A stretch of 17,697 nt of DNA from contig CDMY01000817.1 of the NCBI GenBank assembly GCA_001179505.1, positions 1 to 17,697 of the forward strand, read 5' to 3'. Origin of the DNA: Vitrella brassicaformis CCMP3155. Taxonomy: Eukaryota > Protista > Chromerida. Below the pieces are notes generated by a model, which saw only the letters and a list, made by a program, of their open reading frames with translations, was not told the origin of the DNA and ran no database searches. This document shows, one piece after another, positions 17,291-17,697 of this stretch (position 1 is the stretch's first letter; each line of letters starts with the position of its first letter). The translations under genes and the position numbers were made by a program.

Positions 17291-17697
17291 CCCGCCTCAG
17301 ATGGTGGAAGAAGGCAAAGTGCGAAGCGCTGAGTTTTCGAAGAAATAGCCACAATGCACATCCAGGGATGCAGAACCAAATAGCGATGGCCAAGGGAGAG
17401 AGACAGACTTAACTGAAGACCTCGATATAGATGCTGCCGAATACAGAAAAGGCCCCAAGCGAGACGAGAGCATAAGCTCAAAGCAGCCAAACTCCCAGGG
17501 CGGCATGTGCACAAGCTTTTTGGTACAGAGGGACGAACTACAGGGGGAGCACGGTACAGCTGCATTTTCTTCTCGAGATCTAGAGGTGCAGCAATGGGAG
17601 GTGGCAAGGCACAAAGTCAGCCTAAGTTCGAAGGGTGCAGGCCGAGGACCCAATGGCGTAGCGGCGCAAGCTCGAAGGCAATGGCACAGCGGCCTAA

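Overview
GC-rich eukaryotic genomic DNA dominated by decayed retrotransposons, with three 300-N gaps (4972-5271, 8532-8831, 13978-14277). The composition, CA-rich low-complexity sequence and short GT-AG introns suggest a protist or alga; the taxon cannot be fixed from the sequence alone. From left to right: (1) a long, frameshifted CRE-clade non-LTR retrotransposon on the minus strand (<1 to about 4300) with RT and the start of the C-terminal zinc motif, plus an unusual N-terminus (OTU-like remnant, 38-aa tandem motif, Cys cluster, poly-Pro); (2) the 3' part of a second, different CRE-type element on the plus strand (zinc finger plus restriction-like endonuclease, about 4790-6121); (3) a short decayed fragment resembling bacterial DUF5060-family proteins; (4) a Ty1/copia LTR retrotransposon on the minus strand (6537-12983) with 142-143 bp TG...CA LTRs, PBS, PPT and gag-PR-IN-RT-RH, disrupted by a stop and a frameshift and possibly chimeric across the second gap; (5) a signal-peptide-like exon, decayed exon-like pieces including a ubiquitin-specific protease motif, and arrays of a ~60-bp palindrome-rich minisatellite with a higher-order duplication and an orientation switch. 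No rRNA, tRNA, CRISPR or intact host gene could be supported. All family assignments come from motif recognition, not from database searches.
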